Part shown: positions 6,502-11,921 of the stretch, in pieces
Layout of the letters: every line of letters starts with the position of its first letter
Numbering within the stretch: position 1 is the first letter of the stretch
Assembly (NCBI GenBank): GCA_049599895.1
Contig: JBMYPC010000094.1
Span: forward strand, 1-11,921
Length of the DNA stretch: 11,921 bases
DNA from: Bacteriovoracaceae bacterium
Lineage (GTDB): Bacteria > Bdellovibrionota > Bacteriovoracia > Bacteriovoracales > Bacteriovoracaceae
Direction: 5' to 3'
Translations under genes and position numbers: made by a program
The notes under the pieces: generated by a model
What the model was told of the DNA's origin: nothing
What the model saw: the letters and a program-made list of their open reading frames with translations, nothing else
Databases searched by the model: none

Positions 6502-7839
6502 GTGGAAAAGAATACTTTAAGTGGATCAAAAGATTCGGGTAAGCAGAAAACTGTCCTTGTTGCAATGACAGGCAGGGTTTCATCGTCTGTGGCAGCTTAT
6601 TTGCTCAAAAAGCAAGGTCTAAGGCCCATTGGAATATCTGTTTGTTTTTATGGTGAAGAAAAAGAATTTGAGTACGATACGTCACTATTTCCAGGTATTC
6701 AAAAGCAACAATTTGAGAAAAATAAGTACTATGGGCCAATTCGAGGTCATTATCACATTGAGAATTTAGAGAAGGTAAAGAAAGTTTGTGACAACTTGGA
6801 GATCCCTTTCTACGCGGTTAATGCACAGGATATCTTTAAAGAGAAAATTTTAGATCCATTCGTGGCGTCTAGGCTTATGGGGGAAGTTTTTAGTCCCTCG
6901 GCCTTTGCTGTGAAGACGATTGTAGAGATTCTTATCGAAAAAGCAAAAAAATTGGATGCGGACTTCATTGCCACAGGACACTTTGCTAAAATTCAAAAAT
7001 CTGGTGAGAAAAAAAGAGTTTCAGTCTATACATCAAATGATCTTGAGTTTGATCAAAGTCATGAACTTTCTCTTGTTAAGCAATCTGAACTAGAAAAGCT
7101 CATGCTTCCACTCTCTGAAATGAGAAGTATAGAAACTGAAAAGATTGCTTCAATTATCGGGGTGAGTCGTGAGCAAGTTTATCGTCACGCTGATGAAGTG
7201 TATCGAGATGATCCAAGAATTACTTCCTTAGTGCAGAGAGAGTCTCCTTTATCACTTCGAAATGAGGGGGAGATTTATCATTACTTCAATGACATCATAC
7301 TAGGTGATCATGATGGCATTCATTATTATTATCCAGGAAAGAGAAAACTTTCAAGCCGTACAACTCCTGTAATCGACAGCAGTTTAGCTGTTGTGAAAAT
7401 ACAGCCTGCGTATAAACGAGTTATCTTAGCGCCTGTTGATGATATGGATTACGATCATCTTGTCTGCCGGAAGTATTTTAGTAATGGTGTTGAAGATATC
7501 ACCAAAATAACTACGGCCTTTTTAAAAATTCACGGACGAAATGACAAACTTCCTTGCCATCTTATTTTTAAGTCTAATGGTAATGTTGTGATTAAACTTT
7601 CAACCAAACAAAGTGGGAGAAGCTTTGTCGGTGAAAGAGTTTATTTTTATTCAAAACAAGATAAAGGTGGGAAGTTATTGGCCACGGCAATTGTCCACAC
7701 GAGTTGCAACTATAAAATGGGCCTCCTTCATGAGTTTCCTCCACGAGATGAAGAACTTCAGTCCATCGAAGATGCTCAGACCAATGAAAATGCAAATCCT
7801 TATCTTACAGATCTTGAACACTCTCGACATCATTTTTAG
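6502..7839 (+). CDS. MnmA (tRNA 2-thiouridylase)-like protein with degenerate active site
   Basis: Colinear MnmA landmarks: VLVAMTGRVSSSVAAYLLKKQG, VCDNLEIPFY, ADFIATGHFA, DQSHEL, LMLPL, LGDHDGIHYYYPGKRK, GERVYFY. The SGGxDS loop and both catalytic Cys positions are substituted, so the symbol mnmA is withheld. Confidence 0.85.
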   Translation: MEKNTLSGSKDSGKQKTVLVAMTGRVSSSVAAYLLKKQGLRPIGISVCFYGEEKEFEYDTSLFPGIQKQQFEKNKYYGPIRGHYHIENLEKVKKVCDNLEIPFYAVNAQDIFKEKILDPFVASRLMGEVFSPSAFAVKTIVEILIEKAKKLDADFIATGHFAKIQKSGEKKRVSVYTSNDLEFDQSHELSLVKQSELEKLMLPLSEMRSIETEKIASIIGVSREQVYRHADEVYRDDPRITSLVQRESPLSLRNEGEIYHYFNDIILGDHDGIHYYYPGKRKLSSRTTPVIDSSLAVVKIQPAYKRVILAPVDDMDYDHLVCRKYFSNGVEDITKITTAFLKIHGRNDKLPCHLIFKSNGNVVIKLSTKQSGRSFVGERVYFYSKQDKGGKLLATAIVHTSCNYKMGLLHEFPPRDEELQSIEDAQTNENANPYLTDLEHSRHHF

Positions 7840-8002
7840 GATCGTTATGAAAGCCTTTTTACTTATTGGGAAGATTTAAAGACAATGAGGAAGTATATTC
7901 GTAAGGCTGGTATAAACATTAAAGGTATTACGAAGAATCTAAATCTTCACGATCCAAGGCTAGAGAGAGGAAAACTACTAAATTTCAGTGCTTATGATGA
8001 TC

Positions 8003-8041
8003 GGTGATGTTTTTTATTTTTACGCTAATAAAATCAACACC
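8003..8041. terminator. Imperfect AT-rich hairpin between convergent genes; possible terminator
   Basis: GGTGATGTTTTTTATT (8003-8018) pairs imperfectly with AATAAAATCAACACC (8027-8041). Weak stem and no clear U-tail. Confidence 0.25.
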
Positions 8042-8070
8042 AGAAGAGATCGCGTTTCTCATAAAACAGT

Positions 8071-10092
8071 TTAAAAAGGTGGGGTTTTACCTATTACCCC
8101 TTTTAAGTAATGGCAACCTTCATAATTACTAGGGTCGTAACCTGTTGCTAGAAAAATCTCTGAAAACCCTTGGTCATGTAGCTCTAGAGCTAAATCTTCA
8201 CCTTTAATATCTTCTCCGAGGTTAGAGTCAATATATATGGGGGTGAATTTTTGAATTTCTGGGAGAAATTTAATTAGGTCATCTTTGTTGGAAAAAGTTT
8301 TTAATTTTACGTCTTTTAACGAGGCTTTGATTTTCCATAAGTTTCTTACCAGGTCATCGTCATCTATAAACACCGCATCGGTTGAAGCTTCTTTGTTGAT
8401 TGAGATAGGGACAAATGGTGCTAAGTTTTTAGGAAGTAAAGGGACCTTGATCTTCTCACATCGTTTTCGAATTTCTCCGCTTTCGTAGTGAGAAGTAACA
8501 AGTATTGCTCTGCCGCCTTTAAGGTCTAATTCTTCAATTAGATCAAGACCGGTTGTATTTGTACCTAAGATTTCATAATCAAAAAGGTAGCGATTATTTT
8601 CATTTTGATCACTTTCTAAGTACCAGCTCCTAAGTTGTTCAGCTGTTGCAAAACTCTTTATATTAATACCGCACTCATTTAATTCGAACTTGCGAAGGAT
8701 TTCTTTCCATACTTGGTGCATCGTAATGTCATCATCTAAAATGATGAGATTCTGATTCGGCTTAAGGTTTAATTGAGAAAGAAACCACTTTGGTGTCTGT
8801 ACAAGTGGGAGAGTTATTGCAATTGTAGTTCCCTGATTAATTCTTGAGAGAACCTCAAAGTGTCCTCCCCAAGATTCAACAGATTTTTTTGCATGATAAA
8901 GGCCTAGCCCTGTGCCACCCGTTTTTCCAAATGTGGCGCCTTTTTCCGTAATATGAGGAAGTATTGACTTTGGAATGCCTGGGCCATTGTCTGTTATTTG
9001 AATTTTTGCCAAGCTTTCTGTGTATGTTGTTAATACATGTACTCTGCCTGGGCCTTCAAGGGCTTCCACTGAGTTGTTGACTAAATTAGAGAGGACTCTT
9101 TTGAATTCTACTGCATTAACATTTACAAATAGCCCATAGTTCTCTTTGTTAAACTCTGCCTCAATTTCAAGGCCAATTTTATTACGATATTGTGTTCTTT
9201 TTTCTGCCATAAGTGGCTCAATTAAGGCAGACAACATATGCTGATCAATATCGTCTTTCAGGTTTTTGTCATTTTTAGAGTTTCTATTCAAATGATTGTC
9301 AGCAATATCATGTATACGACGGGTAGCATTTCGAATAATAGATCTTTGCTCTTCTGGTAGTTGATCAACTTCATTAACAATCATGTCCAAAGCCGCTAGA
9401 GGTGATCTAATATCGTGAGCAACTTGCTTGGCAATTGTCTCTTTTGCAACAGAGGTGGCCAAGGCTTTTTCTTTACTTATAATAGATTCTTTCATCCTCT
9501 TATATTTTATTGAAAGTTTGAGAAATTCACTAATTCTAATTCGGCTACTTTGTTTGTCGAATAATAAGCTATGAACTTCATTCATTGTGAGTCTCGCAAA
9601 AATAAATCCTATGAACAGTGTAAAGAGAAGTAATATCAGAATGGAAAAAACGAAGGATGAATTTAAATATTGTTTGAAGTTGATTGAAGAGCTATTGTAA
9701 AAGATTTTGATAGTACCTATTTGTTGATTTGAGCTATTCATATAGGCATAACCATAGCTCGATTCACTTAGGCATTTTCTTCGATTCTGTATTCTCGTTT
9801 CAAAATCATTATTTCCAACATAGATGAACGAGCTTTTACTTCCAAAGTAACAGATGAAATCTATTTTTGAATAGCTGGATTTAATATCATTAAGACGTGT
9901 TTTTAATTTGATTAAGTCGCCGAGTAGGACTTCTTCCTTGGTAAGGTAACCAACAGTTGTTACTAAGTTTTTATTTCCAGAGATCTCAGCATCAGTTTGT
10001 ACAGTGTAGTTGTTTAAAGTCGCAATCAGGACTGACAAAAGGATCAATGTCGAAAGAAAAATTAATATGATTCTTTTGAAACTAATTAACAT
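8071..10092 (-). CDS. Membrane-bound hybrid sensor histidine kinase with two C-terminal receiver domains
   Basis: Two hydrophobic segments flank a ~115-aa extracytoplasmic region. H-box QVAHDIRSPL, N-box NLVNNSVEA, G1 DNGPGI, G2 GTGLGL. Receiver 1: ILDDD...FDYE...VTS...PK. Receiver 2: FIDDD...IDSN...ATG...GK. Confidence 0.92.
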   Translation of the reverse strand: MLISFKRIILIFLSTLILLSVLIATLNNYTVQTDAEISGNKNLVTTVGYLTKEEVLLGDLIKLKTRLNDIKSSYSKIDFICYFGSKSSFIYVGNNDFETRIQNRRKCLSESSYGYAYMNSSNQQIGTIKIFYNSSSINFKQYLNSSFVFSILILLLFTLFIGFIFARLTMNEVHSLLFDKQSSRIRISEFLKLSIKYKRMKESIISKEKALATSVAKETIAKQVAHDIRSPLAALDMIVNEVDQLPEEQRSIIRNATRRIHDIADNHLNRNSKNDKNLKDDIDQHMLSALIEPLMAEKRTQYRNKIGLEIEAEFNKENYGLFVNVNAVEFKRVLSNLVNNSVEALEGPGRVHVLTTYTESLAKIQITDNGPGIPKSILPHITEKGATFGKTGGTGLGLYHAKKSVESWGGHFEVLSRINQGTTIAITLPLVQTPKWFLSQLNLKPNQNLIILDDDITMHQVWKEILRKFELNECGINIKSFATAEQLRSWYLESDQNENNRYLFDYEILGTNTTGLDLIEELDLKGGRAILVTSHYESGEIRKRCEKIKVPLLPKNLAPFVPISINKEASTDAVFIDDDDLVRNLWKIKASLKDVKLKTFSNKDDLIKFLPEIQKFTPIYIDSNLGEDIKGEDLALELHDQGFSEIFLATGYDPSNYEGCHYLKGVIGKTPPF

Positions 10093-11509
10093 TTATGTGG
10101 TCCCATTTAACAAGGTCAAACAGCTCAGCGTTGTCAATGCTTAGGCGCTTGTTTATAAAAAGTTTCAAATCTACTGTTGCAACTGGTAGTGCGTACCCAT
10201 TATTAGATATCTCTCCAAGAATTTCATTCACTTTGTCGATTAATTCTTTTTGTGTCTCAGAATTGATAAGTTGTTCAATCTTTTTATCAATTATTTTGTT
10301 TTTGACTCCTGAAAAATTGAAGTTAGATTTGCTGTGGAAAAATGAGAGGATAAAGAATGGATCGTTATATAAAGCCGAGATCGTCATGATCGTTAAATCA
10401 AAATCTTTTCTTACGATCGATCCTAAATAATCTTTTCTTGTCATTTCTTTTTGGTCGATAAACACATTGCAGACTTTTGTGTGGCTAATAAACTTAGATA
10501 TTAACTCTTTGAATACCTCGTCCCTCTTGATTGTGAATGAAATTTTTAGAGGCTTGAGGTTGGTTTCTACTCCCACAAAGCTTTGATTGAGTTTGTTGTC
10601 AAGACTTCCCATCATGTCCTTTGGGATTAAGGAATTGTTGGCACTTTCTCCTAATAATTGTGACTTGTTTATTTTGCTATGAAAGACTTTAGAAAGACAT
10701 TTTTTATGTGCAAGAGGAATATTATTGTTTAATAAGATTATTGTCGAATTAAAAGAGTCAAAAAGGTATTTGTTCCATTGCTTTTTGTTTATTGAGGTTA
10801 ATTGGGTCGCAACTTTCTCTGAAACCCAATTGGCACGTGGAGCAATAATGTCAACACCTCCGAGATCACTATTTGTAACAGGAATAAGCTTCACAGTTTT
10901 CTTGTCATTTTGTGCTATAAATTCTCTATCGTTCCATTTCGTAATTTTGTAATTGGTTGATGTAATCCATGTCTCTGGAGTTTCTTGCTTAGGTGTGATG
11001 CCATTGAAATATACAGCCCAGAATGGACTCGTTAATACTTGAAATGCAGTATAATGCCACCCTTTGTATCTAACTTCTAACATGTGATTATTAATTTTTC
11101 TTAACCCCGATATATTTTGGAAAAAGAACGCAGGTATTGATTTCTTATCAAGAATACGATTAAAGGAGTTAACAACTTGATCGGCTTTTATCTCTAAACC
11201 GTTTGAAAACTTTTGTCCTTGTTTTAATTTTATAGTAATAATTTTTTGTTTTTCATTTAAAGTCCATGATTCAGCCAAATCACCGCTGTATTGAAAATTT
11301 CCTGATATTCTGAACAATCTTCTAAATAAATTATCAGTAAAGAAAACAGTATTATAAGATATTGCTTTTGAAGTATCCAGCCTCTTTGGAATACTCGCGA
11401 CTAAAATACCGATATCCTTTTTTATATTCTCTTGATCTTGTTTTTTGTTACATGACTGTAGTGCAAGAACAAGTATGAAAAATGTTGATAGTATTGCAAA
11501 ATTTCTCAC
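10082..11509 (-). CDS. Family-5 (OppA/DppA-like) solute-binding lipoprotein
   Basis: GTG start with AAGGA 6 nt upstream; signal peptide with lipobox LQSC. Family motif NLFRRLF...GDLAESWT...ITIKLKQGQKFSNG.EIKADQVVNSF; C-terminal NFSGVKNKIIDKKIEQ. Overlaps the kinase start by 11 bp. Confidence 0.88.
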   Translation of the reverse strand: MRNFAILSTFFILVLALQSCNKKQDQENIKKDIGILVASIPKRLDTSKAISYNTVFFTDNLFRRLFRISGNFQYSGDLAESWTLNEKQKIITIKLKQGQKFSNGLEIKADQVVNSFNRILDKKSIPAFFFQNISGLRKINNHMLEVRYKGWHYTAFQVLTSPFWAVYFNGITPKQETPETWITSTNYKITKWNDREFIAQNDKKTVKLIPVTNSDLGGVDIIAPRANWVSEKVATQLTSINKKQWNKYLFDSFNSTIILLNNNIPLAHKKCLSKVFHSKINKSQLLGESANNSLIPKDMMGSLDNKLNQSFVGVETNLKPLKISFTIKRDEVFKELISKFISHTKVCNVFIDQKEMTRKDYLGSIVRKDFDLTIMTISALYNDPFFILSFFHSKSNFNFSGVKNKIIDKKIEQLINSETQKELIDKVNEILGEISNNGYALPVATVDLKLFINKRLSIDNAELFDLVKWDHINVN

Positions 11510-11510
11510 G

Positions 11511-11867
11511 TTAGTTCCTTAAGACTGCACAAACTAATGCACCCATCGCAAATTTATGAGTGTCATTAGATAACCAATTGTGAACCTCTTGTTTCAAAAT
11601 TTTTTGATCATGCTCAATAAGAAAGTCTTTACAAGGCTTTTTGAAAATCACAGGACTGAGTAGTTGAAAGAAAACGTCTAAACCTAGGTCAAGCGAGGTA
11701 AATGGGTCAATGCGGTATTCTAATAAGTTTACCTCTGCTTCTTTTGCTAAAGAAGGTATTTTAAGCCCGATGTTACGGTCACCACCATATTTAGTTTGTG
11801 AGAAGTTCGCAGCAAAGAGAAAGAAGTAAGCAATAAAGAGTTTGCTGCCTAGTATGTAATAAGAACT
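11511..11867 (-). pseudogene. C-terminal remnant of a probable class I SAM-dependent methyltransferase (not in the ORF track)
   Basis: Manual translation: ...QTKYGGDRNIGLKIPSLAKEAEVNLLEYRIDPFTSLDLGLDVFFQLLSPVIFKK...EVHNWLSNDTHKFAMGALVCAVLRN*. TAA is at 11513-11511, 1 nt before the SBP start. GGDxxIGxKxxxLxxEA resembles the C-terminal half of UbiE-like small-molecule methyltransferases. There is no early start codon, and an in-frame TAG lies at 11903-11901. Confidence 0.55.
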
Positions 11868-11921
11868 TGGAGTGCGGGCGTTTGACCGGACATCGACCAG
11901 CTAAAGTTTAAATATCGGTCG
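11868..11921. mobile_element. Probable terminal inverted repeat of an IS3-family insertion sequence extending beyond the window
   Basis: TGGAGTGCGGGCGTTTGACCGGACA (11868-11892) begins with TG and has GGACA at positions 21-25, the layout of IS3-type ends. It is locally GC-rich, followed by CGACC...GGTCG (11894-11921), and coincides with loss of the upstream reading frame. The transposase and other end are not visible. Confidence 0.5.

Noticed and set aside
6502..7839. Annotating the gene as functional mnmA
   Set aside because: The PP-loop and both catalytic cysteine positions are substituted.
7592..7879. ORFs 7592..7795 (-) and 7613..7879 (+)
   Set aside because: Overlap the MnmA-like CDS with no independent support.
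8285..10952. Plus-strand ORFs 8285..8488, 10095..10430 and 10725..10952
   Set aside because: Antisense shadows of the kinase and SBP genes.
11872..11880. GTGCG as a group II intron 5' end
   Set aside because: Only a 5-mer, antisense to the interrupted gene; the TG...GGACA IS3-type pattern fits better.
1..11921. CRISPR arrays, tRNA/rRNA genes, long tandem repeats
   Set aside because: None seen by eye; the intergenic gaps are short and show no repeat-spacer periodicity or cloverleaf motifs.

Overview
AT-rich bacterial window; a Bdellovibrionota/Bacteriovorax-like source is only a guess from gene style. Left to right: the 3' part of a lipoate-protein ligase; a heterodimeric ABC exporter (MdlAB/BmrCD-like); a convergent C5 DNA methyltransferase with no restriction gene nearby and a clear sigma70 promoter; a metallophosphoesterase remnant; a divergent pair of apparent pseudoenzymes (an ABC-ATPase-fold protein and an MnmA-like protein, both lacking catalytic motifs) around a 14-bp palindrome; and a minus-strand cluster. 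That cluster is a SAM-methyltransferase remnant (absent from the ORF track, apparently cut by an IS3-like end), a family-5 solute-binding lipoprotein without permeases, and a membrane histidine kinase with two receiver domains. The best candidates for undescribed biology are the pseudoenzyme pair and the methyltransferase/SBP/kinase module. All family calls come from motif recognition by eye; no database searches were run.
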